Part shown: piece after piece, positions 15,180 to 32,869 of the stretch
How the letters are laid out: every line of letters begins with the position of its first letter
Position numbering within the stretch: the stretch's first letter is position 1
Assembly (NCBI RefSeq): GCF_009914755.1
Contig: NC_060926.1
Length of the DNA: 64,000 bases
Direction: 5' to 3' (one strand)
Origin: the human T2T-CHM13v2.0 reference genome, Homo sapiens
Notes under the pieces: model-generated
Seen by the model: only the letters and a program-made list of their open reading frames with translations
Database searches by the model: none
Told to the model about the DNA's origin: nothing
Position numbers and translations under genes: made by a program

Positions 15180-15184
<5 letters not shown>

Positions 15185-15211
<27 letters not shown>
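15185..15211. repeat. Isolated T27 homopolymer
   Basis: Directly visible; no adjacent Alu or L1 body. Confidence 0.95.
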
Positions 15212-15217
<6 letters not shown>

Positions 15218-16189
15218 CTTCATCCCACCATTCAACTGAAGAAAAAAACTCTTAGTTTGTTACTAGATATGAAAGTGGAAAGAACTTTTCACTATCAGAT
15301 AAAAAGCTTAATGTAGGCTATAGATGCAGGTTCAGAAAACATGACAATATTCCTTAAGAGAGATTTATTGCCTTTTTGAGTTACTTCCATTGATTTTTCC
15401 TGTCTACACACCTATGCTTCTTGCTGCACCACAATATTCTATTTTCTATTTGGATACTTATATTTACCATATGCCTACTACTAACTCATCTTTAATACAT
15501 TTTTTATGGATTTTTAGGGTGACCTTAGCAGACCATGCCTTTATTTCTTGCTTTAAGATGAACACTCCTTTCAAGTAATCTCTAAAGATTCAGGCCAAGG
15601 TCAGCTTCTCCAATGCTAGCACAAATAGGAAAATAAATTGCAGGTTATGTTACAAGCAAGTTTAGGTTTTATACTTCTATCTATAAAATAGTGCCATAAT
15701 ATTGATATGGCTGATATTTAAAATATTATTAAATAATTTGACTTCCGTGATTGGAGAATAGTATTAATTCATTACAACTGAATATGTATGACTTTTTAAA
15801 CACTATTTCTTGTCTAAGAAGATGACTTAGACAATGCTTGGAGAGTAGCAGAATAGTAATATAAAGCACAGCATTAAGTAAGAGCTTGTTAAATGTTATT
15901 GAATAAATAGTAATGATTCTACTGGATATTTTTTTAAACCAAAAGCCTGCTCAAAAAGGAAAGAACAGATTTTGGTGGCTACAAAGCCTGATCCAAATTT
16001 GAGCTCACCTAAAATAGAAAGATATCCTGTGACTTTTGCACACTCACAGGATAATGACTCTTCACGTGGACACAGATGACCTTAAAACACTGTAAGAAGC
16101 ACCTGTTTAATGAACAAAAATAAATTTGATAGTTTTTATTAGCAATTATTGGAAAAGCCCTTGGTACTCATCTCATCCATTCTTACTCT

Positions 16190-16410
16190 CACAGTAACAC
16201 TCTACCTCCCCCAAACTGACTGTGGTCTACTGGGTCTGTCTGAACACCTCCAACAACAAGGAAGTCACTTCCTGCCATTAGCCCATTCAATTTGGACAAG
16301 TGCATTCTTTCTTTTTTGACTCCCAAATCTACCTTCAACTGAGTTGACTGCATTTATTTAAGTTTTGGTCTCAAGACTTTTGTAGTTAGCTAAATTCCAT
16401 GACACTTTTT
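16190..16410 (-). mobile_element. L3/CR1 LINE fragment (3' part)
   Basis: tgaacacctccaacaacaaggaagtcacttcc...agcccattcaatttggaca resembles the L3 3' consensus. Confidence 0.55.
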
Positions 16411-16894
16411 TACATAAATTCTTATATCATCTAGTCTCTTGGGTCTACTTGTGAAATTTAGTGTGAAACTGCTTTGTCCCCCATTGTATTTTAGGTCCAT
16501 GTTATAAATTTACAATATATTTTCATTGTGAAATATTTTAAACATACAAAAAAGCCTAAAATAATAAAAATAAATATTCATGCACCAACAAACATTAATA
16601 ATTTTCGTGTTTTCTGTGTTTACTTTAAATATTAAAACAAAGCACATCAGGGCAAAACAACAAGGAAAATCTTCACAAATACTGTTGAATCACTTTGTGT
16701 GACCTTCCCAAATCCTATCTCCTTCCCTCTCTCCCCAGAAGTAACGACCATATTTAGTTTACTCTGAATCATTTCTCTGCATGTTATAATTTTACTCATA
16801 CATATGTTTACACCCATAAACAACAGAGTAATAGTTAATAGCTTTTAAATTTCCTATACATGATTTTCTTCTTCTCCATACACATGGTATATAC

Positions 16895-16952
16895 ATACAT
16901 ATTATATATAATATATAATATGTATATATAATATATAATATATATATATATA
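16895..16952. repeat. (TA)n-rich microsatellite
   Basis: Directly visible. Confidence 0.9.
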
Positions 16953-19049
16953 CCTCACTCTCTGCAACTTGCTTTACCCTCCTTAACTTCCAAAGTGTGT
17001 CTGGGTTGATACATATGTCTCCAGTTAATTCATTTTAACCACTGAATAACAACAACAACCAAAAGCATGCTGCAATGAGAACCGTATACTTGGGACACAT
17101 AGGAAAGTTTCTCCACAGTATAAACCAAGACGTGAAGTTACTTGGCTGTAGGAAAGTGGCATCTTCAACAATTAGCACACCAAAGGGATTGAATCAATTT
17201 ATATACATTCCAGTGGTGTATATTAGGCCCCCATTGCTTCACTTTCTTGACAACACTTAGTATAGTACTTTAGACTTTGTGGCAATCTAGTGGGAATTAT
17301 ATTTCATTGTGGTTTTATTTTCATTTCCCTAATTACCAACAAGGCTGAGTGCCTTTGCTTACGGTCCTTGGCATTTCAATGCTGTTTGTCTGTGATCTGC
17401 CTGTTTATATGATTTGTCTTTTTTTTCCCTCTTGAGTTTCTAGTCTTTGTCACTTTTTAAATTTTTACTTTGTATATTCTGACACAAATCATTAAAACCT
17501 CCCCAAATTTTGTCTTATTACTTTATTCATAGTCACGCAGACATTTTTAGTGCTAATGTAGTTGAATGTATGAATATTATCCTTTATTGTTTGTTCCTAC
17601 TGTGTCTAGCATAAAAAATTTTTCCCTGCTGTGGGTTCAAAAAAATTATCTTTGCTTTCTTCTAAAACATAAAATTATGGTTTTCACTTTTATGTTTTTA
17701 ATCTTCTTGGGACATAGCCTTGTGTATATGGGATAGAAACCATATATTATTTTTTTATCCAAAAAGCTAAGCTTTGTCCCTGTATCATTTATTAAATAAT
17801 TCAGTCTTTTTCTGTTGATTTATAATGTTACCCCTGTCATTTGTTGTATTTTCATATTTTAGTGATTCATTTGAGGACTCTCTATTATGTTCCATTATTC
17901 TATTTAATTCTTGAAATAAAACCACACTTTTTACACACTGTATAATTGCTTTATTTTATAATTGGCTTTGACGTCTGGTAGGAAAGAACCCTCATCATGT
18001 TCCTCTCCTTCAAAATTGCCTTAATCATACTTGGCTTTTTGCTCTTCAATGCACATTTCAGGATTGGTTTGTCCAGCAAAATTCCTGCTGAGGTTTAGAC
18101 AGAAATCACATTAAATTTATAGGTTAATTAAGTGAAAATTCACATTATGTGACCCTGTACAGGACAATGTTACACCTTTGTATTCCACTTAATCATACTG
18201 TAAAACCTTCAATAACATTTCATATTTGTTTCAATGAAAACCTTGAATAGTTTTCTTGGATTTATTTCCAGTTATTTAGCTCTTTGTTCTGCAGACACAT
18301 GGAAAGAATACATATTCTCTTTATATGGGTTACAGAAGTTTAAATATATTTTAGATTAAGCTTGTGTTTTCTTGTTCAAACATTCTCAATCCTTTTAATT
18401 TTTTTAATGGTTTGCCTCCGAATTTCACAGAAGCATATTAAATTATCCCACTCTGATTGTTGATTTTTCAAATTTACCTTGCACTTCTGTCCATGAGGGC
18501 AGGAATTTTTGGCTCTTTGTTCACTTTTCCTCCCCAGTGTTCAGAGTGATACTCAGCATCCAATAGACATTAAATAAATAATTGTTGAAAAACAATTGTT
18601 TTATATTCTTGGTAAATGTTTTTATTAAGATGCAGCATCCTTTTTTATTCCTGTACATGATTTTTGCCTTAAATTTTATTTTGTCTGATATTAGTTTTGA
18701 CACAATAGCTTTATTTTAACTTGTACTTCTTGATCTATTCTTTCCCCCCGATTCCTTTAGGTTCAATCTTTCTGTGTGGTTTTGTTTTAGGTCTTTCTTT
18801 TGTTAGTATTGTACAGTAGGATATTTTGAAATCATATCTGATAATCTCTGTATTTTAATGGGCTGATATTTGCCTCACTGACTTATGTAATAACATCCTA
18901 ATTTATCTTCTGTTTATCAACCTTTCTTTTTGCTTGCTTTTATTTGCCCTTTTTATTTCCTCTACTGGAATTCATAAATGCATCATATTATCCCTTTGTT
19001 GGTAGCATGCTACGGATTATATATCTATTCTTTCAGTAATTATCTGTTT

Positions 19050-19782
19050 TTTTTCAAATTTGTATTGTGGTAAAGTACATATAACATAAACTTTATCAAC
19101 CTGAACTATTTTTAGGTGTACAATTCAGTGATATTAAGTACATTCATATTATTATACAACCACCACCACCCATTTCTAGAATTCTTTTCATCTTGCAAAA
19201 CTGAATCTCTATGGCCATTAAACAATAACTTTCTATTCACCTCACCTTAGCCCCTGTCAACTAGCATTCTATTTTCTGTCTTTATAAATTTGATTACTGT
19301 AGGTACCTTATATAAGTGGAATCATACAGTATTGCCTTTTTGTGACTGGTTTATTTGACTTAGCATTATCTCCTCAAGGTTGGTTCATCCATTTGCAGCA
19401 TGTGTCTGAATTTTCTTCCTTTTAAAGGCTGAACAACGTTCCATTGTTATGTACATCTCACATTTTGCTTATCCATTCATCTGTTGATGGACACTTGGGT
19501 TGTTTCCACCTTTTAGCTATTGTAAATTATACTGCTATGAATATAGGCATACAAATACCTTGCGACTCTGCTGTTGATTCCTGGAGGTATACACCCAGAA
19601 GTGAAATTGCTGCATCATATAGTCATTTTATGTAATTATTTAAGGAACCACCATACTGTTTTCCATAGCAGGTGCATGCACCGTTTTACCTTCCCAATGA
19701 CAGTATAAAAGAGTTCCAATTTCTCCAAATCCTCACCAGCATTTTTTTAATAGTAGCCATACTAATAGGTGTGAGGTAGTAA
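19050..19782 (-). mobile_element. L1MB-type 3' fragment nested in the L1ME
   Basis: ttgtggtaaagtacatataacataaa...tataagtggaatcatacagtatt...tgatggacacttgggttgtttccacc. Confidence 0.85.
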
Positions 19783-21091
19783 TTGTCCTCAAACTTTTAG
19801 CACTCATACTTAAGTACAAATTGTGATAACAAAGCAAAGATGATTCTAAATGTTCACCTCATCCTAAACATGTCACAGATCCAAGAACAGTTTAACTACT
19901 CAGTGAAGTTATTCTCTTTTCTCCTTTAATTCCTTTCCAGTATTTTACCCTTATTTTTTGAAAGGTTATGTTATAATCAATATACATTTTATGTATTAAT
20001 TGTTGAGCTAATGACATTTTTCTCCTAAAGTAGTTTTAATAGAAGTTTGAACTCTCAATTGTTATAGATCTGAAAGTAATTCCTAAATGATAGTATAGCT
20101 GAAAATAAAATTCTAGGTTGAACTCCAACTTACTGCAGCACTTTGAAGCCACTGCTCTGCTTTTTCTAGTAACTACTGGTGTTGAGAAGAAGTCAGCTGT
20201 CTATCTAAGTGGCATTCATTTGAAGTAAATGTATCTTGTCTTTCTGGGTTCTTTCAAGAGTTTCTTTTTGTTATTAACATTCTTTAGTTTCACAATAATC
20301 TGTCAAGTTATAGGTTTATTTTATTCATCCTGTCAGTCTCAGGACTTATGGATTTTGGTCTGGAAATTTGCAGATTTTTGCCTGAAATATTGATATTTCA
20401 CAAGCACTTGCCATCCTCCTCTAAAGCTCCTTTGTCTTCTGCGTCTTCTAACTACTCACTTGTATGCTTTGCCTCTCTGTGGGCTCATTTGAGTGAATTT
20501 CTCAGCTTGCCTCTGGTTTGCAAACTCCCTCACCATGTATAGTTTATTTAATTTGTTGCATTTAAAAATATTTCAAGGTCATGTTTTTTCATTTTTCATT
20601 GTTCCCTTTTACATAAGCATCCATCCTTGATTTTTGTTTTTCTATTTTATAATGTCATGCTTTTTAATGAAAATATTCTTGAAGTATTCTAAATAAACTT
20701 ATTTTAAATCCATTGTGCTACCATTCTGTAAGAAGAATATCTTTGGGAATGAAATTCTTCTGAGTGTTGATGAGCTTTTAGAGCATTACATTTACTCATG
20801 TGTTTTGGAATTTGGGTTTGCACATCTTGAATATCTTGTTTTGAATTTTTTAATGTTATTTTCTCCTTCCATCCTTTTCTGAGTTCCCTGTCTACACTGA
20901 AAGGATTTGAAGTTATCACTTTTCAAACCCCCAGGGCCCTCAGGTCCTAACAAAATTTTGGGGCTCTTCCCATTGTGATGTTAAAAGTGCACAAACAGGT
21001 AGTGAGCCACTAGGACACAGCTCAGTTTAGTGCCAAATGGGAAACCGTGTGGGATCTTCCTTTTGTCTAGTTTAGCTGCTTGCTTACATCC

Positions 21092-21407
21092 TGTTATGGA
21101 CTGAATGTTCACATCTCTCCAAAATTTATTTATTGAAATTCTAACCTCAATGGGATGGCATCAGGAGGTGAGGTCCTTGGCATGAATCCTATTCATGCCC
21201 TTTATTAGAGCTCTCTTTCTGCTATGTGAAGAAACATGGAGAAGTCAGCAGTCTGCAACCCAGAAGAGGGCTCTCACTAGAGCCCAACCATTCTGGCACC
21301 CTAATCTCAGACTTCCAGCCTCCAAAACTGTAATAAATACATTTCTGTTGTTTATAAGCCACCCAGTCTATGGTATTTTGGTATAGCAGCCCGAATTAAC
21401 TTAGACA
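21092..21407 (+). mobile_element. MaLR solo LTR, MLT1A0-like
   Basis: TGTTATGGACTGAATGT...ttagaCA. 5-bp TSD CATCC at 21087-21091 and 21408-21412. Confidence 0.88.
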
Positions 21408-21644
21408 CATCCAATCCCCATAGAGTGGCAGTCTTTTTGCTAGTTTGTTTGCTATCTCCCAGACTGCTTTGATAAGCCTCCTCACAGACCCTGGATTTAA
21501 ACAAGGAGTCTTCTTCCGGGCCTCATCCCCATGGAGCATTTTTAGTCCCCTTTCTCAAGGGCCAAAAAACCCACAACTTTCTGCTTGAGGTCCCAAGCCA
21601 GAAGATGTGTGGTATAGCTACATTTATCATATTCTATTCCTCTT

Positions 21645-22200
21645 TGTCAGAGGTGTGTGAACCACAGCAATTCCATTTTGAATAGGAGCTGGGTAAAATA
21701 AGGCTGAGACCTACTGGGCTGCATTCCCAGATGGTTAGGCATTCTAACTTATAGGATGAGATAGAAGGTCAGAACAAGATACAGGTCATAAAGACCTCAC
21801 TGATAAAACAGGTTGCAGTAAAGAAGCAGGCTAAAACCCACCAAAACTAAGATGGCAACAAGAATGACCTCTAGTCATCTTCACTGCTACATTCCCACCA
21901 GCACCATGACAGTTTACAAATGCCATGGCAACATCAGAAAGTTACCCTATATGGTCTAAAAAGGGAAGGCATAAATAATCCATCCCTTGTTTAGCATATC
22001 ATCAAGAAATAACCATAAAAATGTGCAACCAGCCACCCTCAGGGCTGCTCTGTCTATGGAGGAGTAGCCATTCTTTTATTCCGTTACTTTCTTAATAAAC
22101 TTGCTTTCACTTTACTCTACAGACTCGCCCTGAATTCTTTCTTGCATGAGATCCAAGAACCCTCTCTTGGGGTCTAGATCAGGACCCCTTTCCTGTAACA
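21645..22200 (+). mobile_element. ERV1 solo LTR MER41A
   Basis: TGTCAGAGG...ggacccctttcctgtaaCA, 556 bp, TSD TCTT. Lacks the MER41B GAS-bearing segment. Confidence 0.9.
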
Positions 22201-22499
22201 TCTTCTGTTTCAATCAATGGAGATTCTTTTTGTTGTTGTTGTTAATTAACACTTTTGCTTTGTTTTGTTTTAGTCCAGTAATGCATTGTATTATTTTCTC
22301 TTGTCACAGTTTACTATGTGTTTGAAGCACAAGATGCATTACAGCATTAACTCATATTGCCGTCTTGACCAGAAGTCCGTATCATGATGACTGTGAAAGG
22401 TGAGCCCACTTTCTCACTTACTGTTTTCCTTCTTGGGTTTTATTTGTATTTAAAATCCACTGGATGAAACTGTGCTGCCAGCTATAAATTTACCAAAAT

Positions 22500-23000
22500 G
22501 TGCTCTTGTCATTCCCACAGTACTATACATGTTATTGAGAACATCATAAGAAATTCTGTCAAATGCTCTACTGATATTTAAATACCTAGATTATTCCACT
22601 TCTAAGAAGGAAATGACTTAACTTTGGCCCGAGTTAGTCTTGGTAAATGCCATAGTCAGTTGATAATCTTTTCTAAATTTTCTTGAAAGGGGTATCAACT
22701 TTATAAGGCCAATTTGATAACCATTTAAAAATGATGGAGTAAGTATCATTTATTATGCCAGGAATTCTGCAAGGACTTCTTCTTTGTGGCACCTCTCCCA
22801 AATTCTGCAATTCTTTAAAATTAGCAAGTGGTTATTTTCCCACCTCTGCACCTTCACCTTCATAAAACATCCCTCCAAAAAGTATTTATTTGGATCTGAG
22901 GAAGTGACTTCATTTAAAAGATCAAGGTGCCCACAGTTATCTGTCTTGAGCTTTCATTTTTTCTTAATTATGTTTGTTTACTCTATACTTGTCCGTTTTA
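22500..23000 (-). mobile_element. L3/CR1 LINE fragment (RT region)
   Basis: tgtcaaatgctctactgat...aaggaaatga...ggcacctctccc...gacttcatttaaa...aggtgc match L3 landmarks in order. Confidence 0.65.
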
Positions 23001-23574
23001 AAGTTATTCTCCTGGATATGGAAGGACAAAGCATAAAAATTGAATAATTAAGCTTACTCACATGTCTAAACAACATAGTGTTTTCCTTCAAGTGGTATCT
23101 TATCCTTTTCTTTAACCTTTTTTCTAGTCTCATCCACACTAAGAGTATACCAGTCACCCTTCTGCAACTTTGCATTTTCTGTATGCCTCATATACATATA
23201 TATTTATATGTGCTCAGTCAAGGGCTTCCAAAGGAGTTAAACTGGTTAGTTTTTAATCAACTATTATGTATTCACAATAATTAAAAATAAAAAGAAATAT
23301 TAAATATTAAAAATCAAGCAAGAGAATTCCGAAAGACTCTCTGCAAGTCATTTTTGACATAAGTAACTATTTCATGACAAAACAGAAGTTCCCAAAATCA
23401 CGGTATCTATTGTCTTGTATAGACGACGGTTTCCTCATTATAAAATATCTGAGCTTTTGATTTTTAAAACATTTTGAACAAGCCTGACAAAATGGCTAAA
23501 CCCTTAAAGTCATATACAAGATCCCTTGAAGACATCAAGAAAATTTGTCAAATAACAGAAGCAGTGATGATGAT

Positions 23575-24235
23575 ATCAGTATCTAATACTTGTATGCAAT
23601 TATCACTTACCAAAGTGCTTCATTAAACACTTTACATGAATTATCTCATTAAATCCTTTTCAAAAACTCCGAGGTAGTATATTGAGTCTAATAGTGTTCC
23701 CAAAAAAATTCATGCCCACCAAGAACCTCAGAATGTGACCTTATTTAGAAATACGGTCTTTGCAGATATAATTAGAGAATATGAGGTCACACTGGATTAG
23801 GATGGGCCCTAATCCTACGACTGATGTCCTTAGAGAGAAAACAGAAACAGACTCACAGGGAGAATGCCATGTGAAGACGGAGATATAGATTAGAGTGATA
23901 CATCTACAAGCTAAAAAACATGAAGCCCGTCAGTGACAAGGCAGAATCATCTCACAGAGCCTTCAGAGAGAGCATGGCCTGCTGAAGCCTTGATTTCAGA
24001 CTTCTATTACCTGGAACCAAGAGAAAAAAACTTTTCGTTTTTTTAAGCCACCAAGTTTTTGGTATCTTGTTGTTGACAGCCCTAGGAAACTAATACAGGT
24101 AGGTACTCTTTGTTATCCCATTTTATAGACTAAAAAACTGAAGTTCCAGAAGGTTAGGTAATTCATCCAAGATCAAATAGCTTGTAAACCACAAAAACTG
24201 GGATGAAAATCCAGGAACCCTGACCTCAAACCTAA
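23575..24235 (-). mobile_element. MIR, split by MLT1C
   Basis: actttacatgaattatctcattaaatcc...gaggtag | gtactctttgttatcccattttatagactaaaaaactgaag. Confidence 0.75.
23678..24097 (+). mobile_element. MaLR solo LTR, MLT1C-like
   Basis: gaacctcagaatgtgacc...ccctaggaaactaataCA. TSD GGTAG at 23673-23677 and 24098-24102. Confidence 0.88.
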
Positions 24236-24249
24236 GTATCCCCCTGCCC

Positions 24250-24262
24250 TGTGTGTGTGTAT

Positions 24263-24305
<43 letters not shown>

Positions 24306-24375
24306 TGCTGTATAAATGTACATGTATGTGTATGTATATAATATACAAACATAAATATATACACATACAAACACA
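24250..24375. repeat. (TG)n/(AG)n/(TA)n compound microsatellite
   Basis: Directly visible. Confidence 0.9.
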
Positions 24376-25170
24376 TGCAACCCCAAATGGCCAGAAAGTT
24401 GTATACATATTAGTGCTATGAAAGTTCAGAGGTGATGCAAAAGCATTACAGGATTGCAGGAGAGTCTCATCAAAGTTTTCTCTTCAAGGAGGTAGAACTT
24501 GTGTTGGACCTTACATTTTGATAAAATTAAATTAAGCCAATAAAAATTGGAGGGGTAGGGATGGACAATGGATCACAAGATGAAATGTTATGACTGCTAA
24601 ATTATTCTGGCTGTAGCATAGAATCCAGGAAAAGACTAAAGGGAAGATGAGGTTGGAATGGAGAATGGCAGACAATGGTGGAGCACGATGTACACCAGGA
24701 AAAGGAAGTGAGTCTTTACATAAAGGAGCAAATTGCTATTATAAATTAGTGTACAGGAGTATTTGCATTTGCAAAGGAAGACAATGAAAACTACACATTT
24801 CAAAGATTAATCTAGTGACCATTCAGAATATGATCTGTATGGGAACAATGTTGGTGAGAAAGAAACTATTTCTGAGAAAAAAGCAATAATCTAAGCAAGA
24901 GGAAGTAAAGGCCTAGATCTGATTGGTAGCCAAAGAAAACAAACTGTAAGAGAAAGATTTGAGAAATGTTACAAAAGAAATAAGAGAAATTGATTTCTGA
25001 TTGACTTGTTAAGTGGAAATATTAAGAGAAAGGAAAGGAAGCAGGCAGAAATAATTAAAGTGCAATTTATTATATTTAAAAAAATAAAGACACATGCCAA
25101 ATTGTAAAGACCATCGAGGCCAGGAAGAAACTGCATCAACTAACGACGAAAATAACCAGCTAACATCATA

Positions 25171-29040
<3,870 letters not shown>

Positions 29041-31589
29041 ACAATGAGAACACATGGACACAGGAAGGGGAACATCACACACCAGGGCCTGTTGTGGGGT
29101 GGGGGGCGGGGGGGAGGGATAGCATTAGGAGATATACCTAACGTTAAATGATGAGTTAATGGGTACAGCACACCAACATGGCACATGTATACATATGTAA
29201 CTAACCTGAACGTTGTGCACATGTACCCTAAAGCTTAAAGTATAATAAAAATAAATAAATAAAAAAATAAAGACAGAAGTGGGATTAGAAAAAAATGATT
29301 AACAAATTTAGTTTAACTACCTACATCAAAGATCATCGTAAATATTATTCCTTTCCATCATGAAAATGGATTAACTCAATTTTTCTCTAAAATTACTATT
29401 CTATAAAATACTATAATTGTTTTTGTTATATATTATAGTCTTTCTCCTATGTTTACCTAATATCCTAAAAGCTATTGACCTTTTAAGTGAAAAATAAATC
29501 CCCAAATTATAACATATAACTTGGAAATTGTCATTGTCATATAACACATTTCCCTAGAAAAAATAGAAATTGGATCAGCTAAAGAAAAATGAAGTAGTTT
29601 TTGCTTTAGACTACTTAGTGTCCCCATAAATTATTAGTAATCAAAAATGAGACTGGCATATTTCACAGTTTGCCTAACAAACTGATCTTTTATGAGCACG
29701 CACGTAGCAAATCAGGAAAGTGATCATCACATTTCAGGAAGAAATATGTACCTAGTCAGCAAAAACCAAGATGTCATATGTAATGCTCTCTCTATTCCAA
29801 GGGCATGAAAAAGGTCGTTTGTTCAATTTCCTAGCACAAAGCTAACATATATGAAATAAAGTACAGTTTCATTGAGAATCACGTCCAAGAATTTTAATTT
29901 TTTGCAAAAGCATTTCAAAGTTGCATCCAAATGCCTACCTGAACTTGCCAAGCTGAGTGGAAAATAATAATTGCTGATATATATTTCACCAATGTAAGAA
30001 AACACTTTGTCTTAGTTCCTGTCTCAAGTCATGAGGGAAATGTAATGAAGACCTTATTACATTGGACAATATATGGCTTATAAGATATTTGAAACATTTA
30101 TTGATCTCATGAGACATGCCAGAATAATGGGAGTGGGCAGTGTGATGTATTAATATTAATCCCACATCAAGGCTTTGTGATCCAGATATTTTTCTACATT
30201 GTAAAATAATATACAATTCTCCTCTTCATCCCATCACCATAACAACCATATGTAAATGCTTCGTCTAATATCTAGTATCAACAGATAAGACAACCACCAG
30301 GCTTAAACGGTTTTACTTAGAATTTATGTGGAAGGTGAAAAATTCAAGATCTGACTCTAATCATGACATCTAATCTACAGTTTTAAAATTAAATGTTAGA
30401 CGTTGTCCATTTTCTGTAACAACATAATTTTGGATATTTCTTGCTTACATTTCTCCGTATACTAACCTCTAACTCTTATTTGTGTTTCCCTGATCAATAT
30501 ATATCACAACTACTCCCAACACACCTAAATATTTCAATAATACTAAGAATGTTAAAAGGACATTTTTGACTGAAAAGGGGTTCCTATTCAAGTCTGTATT
30601 TTATTGCAACACAGACTATTTGATAAGTTAATATCACACACAGAGGTGGAATCATTGTCTTTACATGATTTCTGTTTAAGGACATGAGTATGTTACTCTA
30701 ATCAAATAAAAATATATTCCAACAAAATTGTCCACAAACTTAAGAGAAAATTCACTTGTGGAGTTCACCTTTGAGGTAGTCTTCTTCTTGCTGTTTAAAA
30801 TCTATTGAAATTAACAAATACTTATTTCAACAATTACTTCAACTCCAACTGGAATGTACACTTCTTGTGCTCAAGAAACATATCTCAAAGCATTTTTATA
30901 TTCTCCATATTATCAAGCAGTGTTAAATATACAATGGAATTAGAGTAAATATTGATTAATTAAAAAGGGGAAATTGTTATTTCATTTTTGGATCTGTAAA
31001 AGAAGTGGCCTGGTATCGCTCAAAATCAGGAATAACACTTCATGACCTCTAAATAAGGACTTTTAGATGGAAGAATTTGAAGATAATTTCCATGTCTTCC
31101 TGATAAACGAACCATCTTCTCTTTACTTTGTAATTTAGAAATTCACAGCCATAGTTTGATTTCAAATACCAACCTAAATGACAGCCCCATCATTCAAACT
31201 TTGAGTACAGATGGCTGACATTCCAGTCAGGCTGGGAGAGAGAGCTCTGCATTTGTTAAATTTGTAAAGGTCTTTATTAAATAGTTCCTTTATTAAAGGA
31301 TCTACTGCTCTTTAAAAAAGCCCTAAATGCTGTCAAAATATTTTATGTTCCAATTATTGTTTTAATTATGAAAATACATGCATCCTACTGAATTTTAAAA
31401 ATAATTACTCTTACATTCACAGGCCCCACATTTCTACAAATTTATTTTAAAAAGTAGTATCTTTGAAAGCCAAACCAATATTAGGGATGTCATATCCATA
31501 AACAACCCTCATAACAAGTTCATTGCCACAATTTCCAAAACTTTTGGAACCTGTAAATTAACTTAGAATATATTGAATAAATAATTAGG

Positions 31590-31820
31590 AAGCAATAAAA
31601 GAGAATGGACATGGAGTTAGACACAACTAGATTCTATTCATGGCTCTTCTGTTTACTAGTTCTAAACTTAGGCAAGTTACTCTGGACTCTGTTTTCCTCA
31701 TGGGTGAAATGTGTGGTAATTGACTCTACTTCATAAGGTGGTTGTGAGAATCAGTGTAATAATACATATTCAGTGACTATTACAGGACCTGGCACATATC
31801 TACTCAATAATTGCTAACAT
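31590..31820 (+). mobile_element. MIR SINE
   Basis: ttaggcaagttactctggactctgttttcctcat...cataaggtggttgtgagaat...cctggcacata. Confidence 0.75.
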
Positions 31821-32510
31821 CTACAACTTCAGGGAAGAAAGGTGAGAGAGGAGCATGAGAAAGAAAGGAAGAAGTGGGAGAAGAGATTTTCAAGAGCATA
31901 GTTTTCTTTCCTAAAGACATGGCATAGGTGTTCTGGTCATAGGCAGCTCATTGAGGGGTTCAAAACATGGTCAGTATGTGATTTGATTGATTGAGTAAGT
32001 GAATAAAAGAAGAGAAACAAAAGAACCAAAAGACAAAGAAAAGGGAGAGAAAAGAGAAAAAAGAAAGAAGATAAAAAAGAGTTATACTCTTTAACTTAGG
32101 CACATGTGAAACAAAGAAACACAAACTACAAACCGGTAGAGCATTGTCACCCACATCAATAAATGTTAGCAAATGTAGATTGGGTTAAATATAATTTGAA
32201 AGACTATACTGAATAAATGTGATTATAACAATGCCTCAGAACAATTTCCAAATTAAAGCAACCGGTCTACCTTTATAAAGTCACATATGAGGGAAGGTAG
32301 CTGCACATTTGAATATCAGAATTTATCATCCCTTACCATGGATGCACAATTACTTCAATCTTTGGTATTCCATGCCTAAATCCCAGATCTGGGAAAACCA
32401 TGAAATAGAATGGTTTTGCCCTGCTTTGATTTGACCTATTTTCCCCTGATTAAAAATTGTCACTTTTGAGCCTGTATATTGTTTATGTCAATCATTTAAA
32501 AATGGATTTA

Positions 32511-32869
<359 letters not shown>

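Larger units (their letters stand above)
16510..22378 (-). mobile_element. Ancient L1ME-type element spanning 5' end to 3' end, internally deleted, host of nested insertions
   Basis: L1ME-like 3' end at about 16510, decayed ORF2/ORF1, and a 5' terminus reading (minus) ggacttctggtcaagacggc at 22378. Confidence 0.7.
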
